Source: a virus
Lineage: Duplodnaviria; Caudoviricetes
Direction: 5' to 3' (one strand)
IMG/VR virus record: IMGVR_UViG_3300025133_000020
DNA: 64,000 nt
Shown here: in pieces, positions 37,418 through 47,362 of the stretch
How positions within the stretch are numbered: the stretch's first letter is position 1
Layout of the letters: each line of letters opens with the position of its first letter
The notes under the pieces: model-generated
Databases searched by the model: none
What the model saw: the letters and a program-made list of their open reading frames with translations, nothing else
Told to the model about the DNA's origin: nothing
Program-made: the position numbers and the translations under genes

Positions 37418-40400
37418 ATGGCAACTAATAGATTGAAATTAAGAAGCACCGCAAGTCCCTATACTTTCCCACAACCAGATACAGTAAAGGGGTCGGTATT
37501 AAGTTGGGGCGAAGTTGACAACAACTTCATATTCCTTAAGGGTCTTAACATAAAGAACGGTGTGTATGATAGTGGTACTTCTACTATCACTCTTAATCGA
37601 ATAGATGGTACTACAGTTAGCATATCTGGTATTACTGCTGGTGGTGGTGGTACTGGGAATACTGCATACTCATCTATCGATAACTACGTTTCTGCCGTAA
37701 CTAAAACAATTACTCACAATCTTGGAACTACAAGTATCGTTGCTCAATTGGTTGACACTGGGGCTAACGAACAAATCGTAGGTTACCTTAATAACTACCA
37801 ACTTAATTCTGTAGATGTTCTACTTAGTGATACAATACCTGACGTTGAGATATCAATCGTAAGTGTTGGTGGTAGTGGAGCTACTGTTGGTGGTGTGGAT
37901 GTTTTCGTAACAGGTGGTACATACAGTGGTAGTAATATATTATTCGTTAATAATACTGGTGGTACGTTCTCAGTAAGTGGTATTACTGGTGGTGGTGGTT
38001 CTGGTGCTACAATGTTCACATCTACCGATAACTACGTTTCTGGTGTAACTAAAACAATTACTCACAACTTAGGTACTGATGGTGTTATGGTTCAATTGAA
38101 CTACAATAACGAATTGGTGGTTGGTGAGGTAAATAATTATCAAACCAATTCTGTTGATGTGACGATGAGTCAGACCTTGAATAACGTTAAGACGTTAGTT
38201 CTTGGAGGACCTATTACAAGTGGTGGTACTGGTGGTACGGATGTTTTCGTAACTGGTGGTACATATACAGGTACAACAATCATATTCACAAATAACTCAG
38301 GTGGTACATTCAGTGTTAGTGGTATTACTGGTGGTGGTGGTACAGGTACAACTGTATATGAATCAACAGATAATTACATCTCTGGTGTAACTAAAACAAT
38401 TACTCACAGTCTTGGAACGACAAGCATCCTATCACAATTAATTGATACTGGAGCTAATGAAATGATTGATGGGTTCATAGATAACTATCAAACCAATTCT
38501 GTTGATGTTACGTTAAGTCAAACTCTGAACGGTGTTAAGATAGTAGCTGCAAGTATTGGTGGTTCTGGTAGTACTTCACCTGCTGGTTCAGATACATGGG
38601 TTCAATATAATGATAGTGGTTCATTTGGAGCCACAAGTGGTTTTACTTGGGATGGAAGTGAAAAATTAGATGTAACTTCAAACTACAGTGGTTCAACTCA
38701 AAAATTAGTTATCGGTAACCCTAATTTAGCTGGATTAGCTGATTATGATGGTGTGAGTATGACATATAGGAATCCTTTATCTGGTGGAACAAGTGTTATC
38801 ACAGCAGGTAATTTATCTGGTCTTAGTGGGGAAGATAACCATACTGTAGTGGGTTACGTTGATTTTCTGGGTAGTGTGCAACACATGATTACCGCAAGTC
38901 CAGTTACTGGTCTAGATATGTCATCTGAGGTTGGTAGTGATACCGCTAAATTCAACTTAGAAGCTGGTGAAAATGTTAGAGTTGATGTAAATAGTACTGC
39001 CACTACCGCATTCCAAGTTTACGATGGTAATACTGGTACTATCAGATTTGCTGTTGACGTTAACGGTGGTGGTGTTACAATTAATGATTCATTCACATTC
39101 CCTAACGGTGATGGTAATAATGGGCAAGTATTACAAACAGACGGAGTAGGAAACGTAACATGGGAAGATGTTAGTGGTGGTACGGGTAGTACTTCACCTG
39201 CTGGGTCTGATACTCAAATACAATTCAACGATAGTGGTTCATTCGGAGCCAATACTGGTTTTACATTCAGCCCTTTGAGTGGTAACGTGTTATCAGTACA
39301 ATCAGGTTACGGTACAAGTGGTAGTACCACTAAAATGTCCAGACAATTTGTGGGTATAGACTCATTATCATCAATTGAGGGTGCTGGTACACTGTATACC
39401 AATAGTGACGCACCTAATTACGCAACTATAAACGCTATAGGTAATTTGAATACTTTAGGTTTAAGTGATAATGGTGTCGTAGTAGGTAACTTTAATTTCG
39501 GTGGTGGTAGAGTAGGTTTATTTGCTGAGACTGGCGCTACTCAAATGGCGTTAGTAGACAACAACGCTAATTATAATTCTAATGTTTTAGTCGATTATAT
39601 TGGGATAGGATTGAACTATGTTAGTGGTAATACCGAATCATCATTACAAGTTGGTAATGGTGGTGTTCAAGCTCATTTGAATCCAGTATCTGGCGACACA
39701 AAACAATTTGCCGTAACTAATGGTAGTGGTGTTAATTATTTTTCAGTAGATTATAGTCCACAGTATGGTTATAGTGGTATCACATTCTTTGAAGCATACA
39801 CGTTCCCAACAACTGATGGGTCTGCTAACCAAGTACTGGAAACAAATGGTGTCGGTGAATTATCGTGGGTTAGTGTATCAGGTGGTGGTTCATCAATAAT
39901 GGTAGTTGGTGGTGGAAGTAATTCTACAGTTAGAGACGGTGTTGGTAACCAAGCTACAAGTGACCGTTCAGCCGCATTAGGTGGTGGTGGTAATACTGCT
40001 TCTGGTTATTACTCAACTATTGCTGGTGGTAGTACTAATGAAGCTGGTGGTAATTGTTCATTCGTAGGTGGTGGACAAAGTAACAGTGGTACCACGGAAT
40101 ACTCAACTATTGGTGGTGGTTGTGGTAATACCGCTTCAGGTACTTATGCAACGATTGCTGGTGGTGGTGGAATGATGGGTGGTAACTGCGCTACTGGTTG
40201 CGCTTCATTCATTGGTGGTGGTGGTGCTAATACAGCATCTGGATATTATTCAGTAGTTGCTGGTGGTGGTGGAATGGGTGGTAGTAATTCCGCTTCAGGT
40301 AACTACTCTGCCGTTTTAGGTGGTTATGGTAATACCGCTATTGCTCATGGTTCAACAGTTGGTGGTGGGTATAATAACACAGCTTCAGGTTATTATTCAG

Positions 40401-40726
40401 TAGTAGCTGGTGGTAATGGTAATACCGCTTCAGGTTTCTGTTCAACGATTGTTGGTGGGCAAGATAATACTGCTGGTGGAGCTAAGGCTGCCATTGTTGG
40501 TGGTTTAAATAATACAGCATCGGGTGATTACTCATTCGTTGGTAATGGTAATAATAATACTGATAGTGGGTGCTCATGCGCAATGATTGTTGGTAGTAAT
40601 ATAACCGCAGATAGAGCTTGTACAACATTCATGAATAACCTATCAGTAAAGAATATTCCAACAAGCGCTGCTGGATTACCTTCAGGTTCTGTATGGAGTT
40701 CTGGTGGAACATTAATGATAGTATAA
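37418..40726 (+). CDS. Modular fibre protein 1 with 14-aa Gly-rich beta-roll repeats
   Basis: TITHNLG modules x3, DVFVTGGT x2, FPxxDGxxGQVL x2, GGxxNTASGxYS repeats. Confidence 0.8.
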   Translation: MATNRLKLRSTASPYTFPQPDTVKGSVLSWGEVDNNFIFLKGLNIKNGVYDSGTSTITLNRIDGTTVSISGITAGGGGTGNTAYSSIDNYVSAVTKTITHNLGTTSIVAQLVDTGANEQIVGYLNNYQLNSVDVLLSDTIPDVEISIVSVGGSGATVGGVDVFVTGGTYSGSNILFVNNTGGTFSVSGITGGGGSGATMFTSTDNYVSGVTKTITHNLGTDGVMVQLNYNNELVVGEVNNYQTNSVDVTMSQTLNNVKTLVLGGPITSGGTGGTDVFVTGGTYTGTTIIFTNNSGGTFSVSGITGGGGTGTTVYESTDNYISGVTKTITHSLGTTSILSQLIDTGANEMIDGFIDNYQTNSVDVTLSQTLNGVKIVAASIGGSGSTSPAGSDTWVQYNDSGSFGATSGFTWDGSEKLDVTSNYSGSTQKLVIGNPNLAGLADYDGVSMTYRNPLSGGTSVITAGNLSGLSGEDNHTVVGYVDFLGSVQHMITASPVTGLDMSSEVGSDTAKFNLEAGENVRVDVNSTATTAFQVYDGNTGTIRFAVDVNGGGVTINDSFTFPNGDGNNGQVLQTDGVGNVTWEDVSGGTGSTSPAGSDTQIQFNDSGSFGANTGFTFSPLSGNVLSVQSGYGTSGSTTKMSRQFVGIDSLSSIEGAGTLYTNSDAPNYATINAIGNLNTLGLSDNGVVVGNFNFGGGRVGLFAETGATQMALVDNNANYNSNVLVDYIGIGLNYVSGNTESSLQVGNGGVQAHLNPVSGDTKQFAVTNGSGVNYFSVDYSPQYGYSGITFFEAYTFPTTDGSANQVLETNGVGELSWVSVSGGGSSIMVVGGGSNSTVRDGVGNQATSDRSAALGGGGNTASGYYSTIAGGSTNEAGGNCSFVGGGQSNSGTTEYSTIGGGCGNTASGTYATIAGGGGMMGGNCATGCASFIGGGGANTASGYYSVVAGGGGMGGSNSASGNYSAVLGGYGNTAIAHGSTVGGGYNNTASGYYSVVAGGNGNTASGFCSTIVGGQDNTAGGAKAAIVGGLNNTASGDYSFVGNGNNNTDSGCSCAMIVGSNITADRACTTFMNNLSVKNIPTSAAGLPSGSVWSSGGTLMIV

Positions 40727-40750
40727 ATAATATAGAATAAAAACAATAAA

Positions 40751-43669
40751 ATGGCAGCAAGAAATAATATTTATGGTAACCTAGCGGTTAGAGGAACATT
40801 AAGTTTGAGAAACTTCGAGTTCCCAACATCAGATGGGACAAACGGTCAAGTAATGGTAACCGATGGTGGTGGTGGCTTATCGTGGGTTAACATGTCAGGT
40901 GGAACGTCAGGTTGCTGCTTAGACGTATTCGTAACGGGTGGTACTTATAGTGGTGATACAATCATATTAACTAATACCACAGGTGGTACAGTTAGTATAA
41001 CGGGAATCACAGGTGGTGGCTCTGGTAGCACAAATCCAGGTGGTAATGATTATGCTGTTCAGTTTAATAACACTAATACTTTTGACGGTAACGATGATTT
41101 CACTTGGAATCACGTAGATGGAATCCTTAATGTAACAAGTAGTGCTGGAACTGGTGTTAACAGATTCAGTGTTGGTTCTGCGGTAATAGCGCCAATGATA
41201 GATATTAGCGGTGTTACCTCAAATATTTATGAGAATCCACTATCAGGTGGTAGTTTACACACAGTATCCCTCCAAGGGGACTTAAGTGGGGTTGGCATGG
41301 GTGATAATGGTACCTTTATAGGTAACGTATCTTTAATGGGTGATGATACTGCAACTATAGGTCTAAGTCAAGAAAGGGTTCAATTAAGACATAATGACGG
41401 AACCTACGGTAATAATAACACCACTATTTATCTTGCTAATGGTATACAAATGGAATTACCAGATACTAGTGGTAATACTCTATTTGACCTCAGAAATAGT
41501 AATCATGACCAACTAATTCGAATCCGTAGTTGTGGTGATATAACATTTAATAATTCATATACATTCCCTAATTCCGATGGTAATAACGGGCAAGTATTGC
41601 AAACAGACGGTGGTGGTGTTTTATCATGGGAAGATGCCGCTTCAGGTGGTACATCAGGTGGTTCATCGACATCAATTATAATAACTGGCACTGGTGTGAA
41701 CTCTACAATGCGATGCGGTAATAATAATAGCGCAACGGGTGACTATTCAACCGCTTTTGGTAGGAATAGTATAGCTTCGGGTAATTGTTCAACAGTGAGT
41801 GGTGGATATAATAATAGTGCTGAGGTTAATGGTGATTTTTCCACCATCGGTGGTGGTGCTAGTAATGCGACAACTTGTTGGTTTACGACCATTGGTGGTG
41901 GTAGACAGAATACTGCATCTAACTATTACGCAACCGTAGCTGGTGGTGACCAAAATAACGCTACTGGTAATAATGCAGCCATTGGTGGTGGTGCTAATAA
42001 TACCGCTTCAGGTAATTATTCATTCATAGGTGGTGGTAATAATAACGTGGCTACAGTTGCTAGGGCAGTTGTTGTTAGTGGACAAGAAAATTGCGCTAAC
42101 GGTGACCAATCTTTCATTGGTAGTGGTTATCAAAATATAACTTCTGGTAATCATACAGCAATTGTAGCTGGTTGGGATAATACGGCATCAGCCAATTACT
42201 CATCTATAGGTGGTGGTGCCCATAATACCACATCTGGCGGTACTTATGCGTCAATTGGTGGTGGTCAGAGTAATACGTCAAACGCTGCTAACACAACCGT
42301 TGCTGGTGGTAGTGGTAATACGGCTTCAGGATATGCGGCATTTATTGGAGGTGGAGCATATAATACCGCTAGTGATGCTGCATCAACCGTAGCTGGTGGT
42401 GTAAATAATGTTGGTTCGTGTGTTTATTCAACTATAGCTGGTGGTAAAGATAATATCGCTTCAGGTAATTCAACCACGATTGCTGGTGGAGAAAATAACA
42501 CTGCTGGTGATGACTACACAACCATTGCTGGTGGTAAAGATAATGTCAGTAATTATTACGCATCATTCGTTGGTGGTGGGTGTGGCAATGCCGCTACTTG
42601 TACTTATTCGACAATTGCTGGTGGTAGTGGAAATACAGCATCTGGTGGTTATTCATTCGTTGCTGGTGGTTTGGGTAATACCAATAGTGGTACTGGTTCA
42701 ACGATTGCTGGTGGTATATATAATATCATTAATAGTGATGCTGCTGCATCTACGATAGGTGGTGGATATAATAACACTATTCCGACAGGAACTACTGTGA
42801 CTATTGGTGGTGGGCAATATAACACAGCATCTGCAAATAGAGCAACAATTGCTGGTGGTAGTGGTAATACAGCGTCTTGTCATGGTTCAACAGTAGGTGG
42901 TGGTAAGATGAACAACTCAAGTGGTGATTATGGTACAATCAGTGGTGGTTGGATAAATAATGGTTCAGGTAATTGTTCTGTAATAGGTGGTGGTAGTGAA
43001 AATACTGCCTCTGGTACAATATCCTTCATCGGTGGTGGTAGAGCTAACAGTGCAACTACAACATACTCAACAATCGTTGCTGGGTGTAACCACTTAGCGT
43101 CTGGTCTATATTCATTCATTGGTGGTGGTCAAGATAATACTGCTACAGGTAATCACTCAACCATAAGTGGTGGGTACGATAATGACGCTACAGGTGATTG
43201 TTCTACAATCGGTGGTGGTAAGGATAATATCGCAGAGCAAAACGCAACAATCGGTGGTGGTATTGATAACACCGCATCAGGTTATTACGCGGTTATTGGA
43301 GGTGGTACAAATAATACTGCTAATTCTGGTTGGCACGTAACTATTGCTGGTGGTAATAGGAATACTGGTTCAGGTAACTATGCAACCATAGGTGGTGGTT
43401 GGAGGAATGATGCTTCAGGTGAGTATACAACCGTTGCTGGTGGTAGGTGTAATGTGGTAGACGGAGACGGTTCTGGTATTCTTGGAGGGTATAATAATAG
43501 TATTACTGGTACATCAAAAACGTTTATCGTTGGGGATAATATTACAGCTAATAGAACTTGTGCAACATTCGTTAACAACTTATCCATTACGGATATACCA
43601 ACTAGTGCTGCTGGCTTACCTTCAGGTTCGGTTTGGCGTAGTGGTACTACTTTACAAATTGTAGTATAA
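40751..43669 (+). CDS. Modular fibre protein 2, long beta-roll repeat tract
   Basis: Dozens of ~14-aa GGxxNxASGxYSTI repeats; C-terminus PTSAAGLPSGSVW shared with fibre 1. Confidence 0.8.
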   Translation: MAARNNIYGNLAVRGTLSLRNFEFPTSDGTNGQVMVTDGGGGLSWVNMSGGTSGCCLDVFVTGGTYSGDTIILTNTTGGTVSITGITGGGSGSTNPGGNDYAVQFNNTNTFDGNDDFTWNHVDGILNVTSSAGTGVNRFSVGSAVIAPMIDISGVTSNIYENPLSGGSLHTVSLQGDLSGVGMGDNGTFIGNVSLMGDDTATIGLSQERVQLRHNDGTYGNNNTTIYLANGIQMELPDTSGNTLFDLRNSNHDQLIRIRSCGDITFNNSYTFPNSDGNNGQVLQTDGGGVLSWEDAASGGTSGGSSTSIIITGTGVNSTMRCGNNNSATGDYSTAFGRNSIASGNCSTVSGGYNNSAEVNGDFSTIGGGASNATTCWFTTIGGGRQNTASNYYATVAGGDQNNATGNNAAIGGGANNTASGNYSFIGGGNNNVATVARAVVVSGQENCANGDQSFIGSGYQNITSGNHTAIVAGWDNTASANYSSIGGGAHNTTSGGTYASIGGGQSNTSNAANTTVAGGSGNTASGYAAFIGGGAYNTASDAASTVAGGVNNVGSCVYSTIAGGKDNIASGNSTTIAGGENNTAGDDYTTIAGGKDNVSNYYASFVGGGCGNAATCTYSTIAGGSGNTASGGYSFVAGGLGNTNSGTGSTIAGGIYNIINSDAAASTIGGGYNNTIPTGTTVTIGGGQYNTASANRATIAGGSGNTASCHGSTVGGGKMNNSSGDYGTISGGWINNGSGNCSVIGGGSENTASGTISFIGGGRANSATTTYSTIVAGCNHLASGLYSFIGGGQDNTATGNHSTISGGYDNDATGDCSTIGGGKDNIAEQNATIGGGIDNTASGYYAVIGGGTNNTANSGWHVTIAGGNRNTGSGNYATIGGGWRNDASGEYTTVAGGRCNVVDGDGSGILGGYNNSITGTSKTFIVGDNITANRTCATFVNNLSITDIPTSAAGLPSGSVWRSGTTLQIVV

Positions 43670-43672
43670 GAC

Positions 43673-43704
43673 TTTACAATTAAAAGGTCTTACTTATATT
43701 TATC
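43673..43704 (+). promoter_or_regulatory. Promoter TTTACA-N16-TATATTTA
   Basis: Upstream of the GT9-like/sulfotransferase pair. Confidence 0.55.
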
Positions 43705-43717
43705 AAAACGATGAATC

Positions 43718-44608
43718 ATGAGTAAGACCTTTTCAATTTTCCACATAGAGGGTGGACTAGGAAAACATATTGCTGCTACCGCAGTAGCCGAAGCAATTAA
43801 AAAGAATCACCCAGATAGGGAACTGATAGTAGTTTGTGCCTACCCAGAGATATTTTTGAACTTGGGATTTATAGATAGGGTATACCGTTTAGGTATGGTT
43901 CCATATTTCTATAGAGATTTCATTGACGGGAAGGATTCGCTCATCTTTAAACATGAGCCTTATTTCACCACAGACCACATCCATAAGAGATTACCATTGA
44001 TTGAAAATTGGTGTAAATTATATGATTTGGATTACGGTGGTGAAACCCCGTCACTGGTGTTTAATAGGCGACAACAGGAATTTGGTTACAACAAATGGAA
44101 TAGGGATAAACCTATCGTGGTGATACACACCAATGGAGGACCGATGGATGAACAACCATATCCATATTCTTGGTGTAGGGATATACCAAAAGATTTAGCT
44201 CAATCTATAGTTGATTATTATAGTGTAAGTGGTCATCATGTGATACAGATATGTAGAAACCAAGTCAACGCTTTAAATAACGTTGAAGTGGTCACTGAGT
44301 CAATGGGTAATATGGAGCTATTATCGTTATTATTACTATCACAGAAGAGGATTTTAATAGACTCATCATTACAACACGCAGCCGCAGCCTTAGAATTACC
44401 TTCAACGGTATTATGGGTGGCAACCTCACCAAATATATTCGGATACAGCATTCATAGTAACGTTCAAGCGAATTTACCAGAGACGGTTAAATTACCAGAT
44501 AGTTACCTATTCGACTATAATTTCAATGGTCTAATTCATGAGTGTCCAATATTAGATGAGCCAATTTTCAATTACGATGAAGTTATGGATGTAATACATG
44601 GCACCTAA
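43718..44608 (+). CDS. GT9-like GT-B glycosyltransferase
   Basis: GGLGKHIAATAV...KKNHPD; ILIDSSLQHAAAALELPSTVLW. Confidence 0.72.
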   Translation: MSKTFSIFHIEGGLGKHIAATAVAEAIKKNHPDRELIVVCAYPEIFLNLGFIDRVYRLGMVPYFYRDFIDGKDSLIFKHEPYFTTDHIHKRLPLIENWCKLYDLDYGGETPSLVFNRRQQEFGYNKWNRDKPIVVIHTNGGPMDEQPYPYSWCRDIPKDLAQSIVDYYSVSGHHVIQICRNQVNALNNVEVVTESMGNMELLSLLLLSQKRILIDSSLQHAAAALELPSTVLWVATSPNIFGYSIHSNVQANLPETVKLPDSYLFDYNFNGLIHECPILDEPIFNYDEVMDVIHGT

Positions 44609-45416
44609 GATATATTTTCAAAGTTCATTACCGAGAGCTGGTTCTACATTACTTCAAAACGTTGTAGGTCAAAACCCAGAGTTCTACGTTACACCAACAT
44701 CTGGCGTATTAGAGCTTGTATATGCTGCCAGAGCCAATTACAGCTCTTCTCCCGAATTTAAAGCCCAAGATGGTGAGTTGATGAAGGAAGGGTTCCTATC
44801 GTTCTGTAAAGGTGGTGTAGAGGGTTTTTTCAAGGCTATCACTGATAAACCATTCGTATTAGATAAGAGTAGAGGTTGGGGTGTCCATTATGGTTTCCTA
44901 AATTCTTTCTACCCAGACCCTAAAATCGTATGTATGATTAGAGACCCTAGAGATATATTCACTTCGATGGAAAAGAACTTCAGGAAGAATCAACATCAAG
45001 ATTCTGGTATAGTGAATCACGCTGAGATGAAGGGAACTACCACTGAGAAACGCATCGATACTTGGGTTAACAGTCAACCAGTAGGATTAGCCATGGAAAG
45101 GTTACAACAAATAGTTAAAGAAGGTATCGATAATAAGATGTTATTCATCAAATTCGAAGACCTTTGTAGTAGACCAGACGTAGAAATGAAACGTATGTAC
45201 AACTACTTAGAATTACCCGAATTTAAGCACGATTTCAATAATGTGGAACAGATAACCATGGAAGATGATTCGGTATACGGTATCTATGGTGACCACAACA
45301 TCAAAACTAAAATTTCCCCACAACCAAGTAAGTATAATGAAATATTGGGTAAGGGTGCATCTGATTGGATTCGAAACCATTATGGATGGTTTTACGATAA
45401 TTTCGGATACGCTTAG
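44598..45416 (+). CDS. PAPS-dependent sulfotransferase (Sulfotransfer_3-like)
   Basis: SLPRAGSTLL, MIRDPRDIFTS, FIKFEDL. Confidence 0.88.
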   Translation: MAPKIYFQSSLPRAGSTLLQNVVGQNPEFYVTPTSGVLELVYAARANYSSSPEFKAQDGELMKEGFLSFCKGGVEGFFKAITDKPFVLDKSRGWGVHYGFLNSFYPDPKIVCMIRDPRDIFTSMEKNFRKNQHQDSGIVNHAEMKGTTTEKRIDTWVNSQPVGLAMERLQQIVKEGIDNKMLFIKFEDLCSRPDVEMKRMYNYLELPEFKHDFNNVEQITMEDDSVYGIYGDHNIKTKISPQPSKYNEILGKGASDWIRNHYGWFYDNFGYA

Positions 45417-45434
45417 ATTTTATCCTTAGTCGGT

Positions 45435-45443
45435 ATATTTATA
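45435..45443 (+). promoter_or_regulatory. Putative late promoter ATATTTATA
   Basis: Upstream of fibre 3. Confidence 0.6.
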
Positions 45444-45470
45444 GTTAGAGATAAAATACTATAAATAATC

Positions 45471-47345
45471 ATGGCTAATTCAAAAATATTTAACGGTGTA
45501 ACCATATATGGTAATCTAGATGTTGGTGGTAACTATACCTTACCGTCTGTAGATGGTAGTAACGGACAAGTACTTCAAACCGATGGTGGTGGTACTGTGA
45601 CATGGCAAGCAGTATCAGGTGGTACTGGTGGTGGCTCAGGTTCAACATACTCATCAACCAATGATTACATATCTGGTGTAACTGGAACAATCACACACAA
45701 CCTTAATTCTATTGACGTTATAGTTCAATTAATTGATACTGATAATAACGAGCAGATTGAGGGTTATATAAACAACTTCCAACTTAATTCTGTTGACGTT
45801 ACCTTAAATGATACACTAACCAACGTAACAACTGTTGTGGCTGGTGGTATATTCGTAAGCGTTTCGGGAGCGACTGGTAGCACAAGTCCAGGTGGTTCAG
45901 ACCAAGATATTCAATATAATAGTAGTGGCTCATTTGCTGGTGATAGTAATTTCACTTGGGATAATGCCATGTCCAACTTTAGTGTTGATAGTACCACTGG
46001 TTATAATAGTATCATAACCAATATTGGTGAGGGTGATGCAACTAATGTTGGTGGTAATACGTTTAGAGGTGCTAGTATGGTATACAATAACACCCTATCT
46101 GGCGCTAGCGCTACCACATCAATCATGATTGGTGACTTAGATGGTTTCTTAGGTGATAATACAGTATTTATGGGTTACGCTAGTACGGGTAAAACTCACG
46201 CTATATTCACGACACCCTTTATAGCGCAGATGGTGGCAACAGATAGTACTACTAATGATAACTCTGTCATCAATGCCACCGTAGATAGGGGTATTACTTT
46301 ATCATCCGATTATCTTGGTCGTCAGGCTCAACTAACCGTATACAATGATGTTAACGCATTTGTACATACTGGTGGCACATTCAACGTGAATAGTAGCTCA
46401 GGTAACCCATTCAAAGTAAATAATGATGGTACTGTAGAGTTTAATAACGCTTTCACCTTCCCTAATTCAGGTGGGACTAACGGACAAGTATTGCAAACCG
46501 ATGGTGGTGGAAACGTAACATGGGCTAACGTATCAGGTGGTGGTTCATCAATCATGGTAGTTGGTGGTGGTGGTGATTCAACGATGAGGTGTGGTGTTTC
46601 GAATGCGTCAAATGGTAATTACGCTGCCGCTTTGGGTGGTTGTGATAACACAGCATCAGGTAATTACTCAGTGATTGGTGGTGGTCCAAGTAATACAGCT
46701 TCAGGTAATACATCTACTATTGCTGGTGGTGCAAATAACTGTACATATGCACCTTATTCAACCATTGGTGGTGGATGGGAGAATACAGCATCAGGTAACT
46801 ATTCAGTTATTGCTGGTGGTGGTGGTATGGGTCAAGGTAATACGGCAAGTGCTTATCACTCTACTATTGGTGGTGGTGGTTATAACGTAGCTAATAAATG
46901 TTTCACAACCGTAGGTGGTGGTGCCGCTAATACAGCTTCAGGGTATTATTCAACCGTTGCTGGTGGTAGTAATAACATCTCAAGTGGTCTCTATTCATCC
47001 GTTATTGGTGGATGGGAGAATACAGCTTCAGGGTATTATTCAACCGTTGCTGGTGGATTCTACAATAGAGCATCTGGTAACACATCAGCCATAATAGGTG
47101 GTTGTGGTAATACTGTGAGTGGTAATTACTCAGCAATCATTGCTGGAGAATCATTCTCATTATCAGCTAATAGTACTGTGATGGTACCAAACCTGATTGT
47201 TAATGATGAGCTTACATTCAATAACATAACAACCACATCTGGTGCGACACTGGGTGCTGGTGGCGGATTACCAGCGATAAACGAAGGGTTTATATCCGTA
47301 GCTATAGGTGGTACAACATATAAAATACCATATTACAACAACTAA
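45471..47345 (+). CDS. Modular fibre protein 3
   Basis: Same modules and 14-aa repeats; distinct C-terminus. Confidence 0.8.
   Translation: MANSKIFNGVTIYGNLDVGGNYTLPSVDGSNGQVLQTDGGGTVTWQAVSGGTGGGSGSTYSSTNDYISGVTGTITHNLNSIDVIVQLIDTDNNEQIEGYINNFQLNSVDVTLNDTLTNVTTVVAGGIFVSVSGATGSTSPGGSDQDIQYNSSGSFAGDSNFTWDNAMSNFSVDSTTGYNSIITNIGEGDATNVGGNTFRGASMVYNNTLSGASATTSIMIGDLDGFLGDNTVFMGYASTGKTHAIFTTPFIAQMVATDSTTNDNSVINATVDRGITLSSDYLGRQAQLTVYNDVNAFVHTGGTFNVNSSSGNPFKVNNDGTVEFNNAFTFPNSGGTNGQVLQTDGGGNVTWANVSGGGSSIMVVGGGGDSTMRCGVSNASNGNYAAALGGCDNTASGNYSVIGGGPSNTASGNTSTIAGGANNCTYAPYSTIGGGWENTASGNYSVIAGGGGMGQGNTASAYHSTIGGGGYNVANKCFTTVGGGAANTASGYYSTVAGGSNNISSGLYSSVIGGWENTASGYYSTVAGGFYNRASGNTSAIIGGCGNTVSGNYSAIIAGESFSLSANSTVMVPNLIVNDELTFNNITTTSGATLGAGGGLPAINEGFISVAIGGTTYKIPYYNN
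46929..47056 (+). repeat. Identical 38-nt direct repeat inside fibre 3
   Basis: aatacagcttcagggtattattcaaccgttgctggtgg at 46929-46966 and 47019-47056. Confidence 0.9.
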
Positions 47346-47362
47346 TAAATAAGAAAAAAAAA

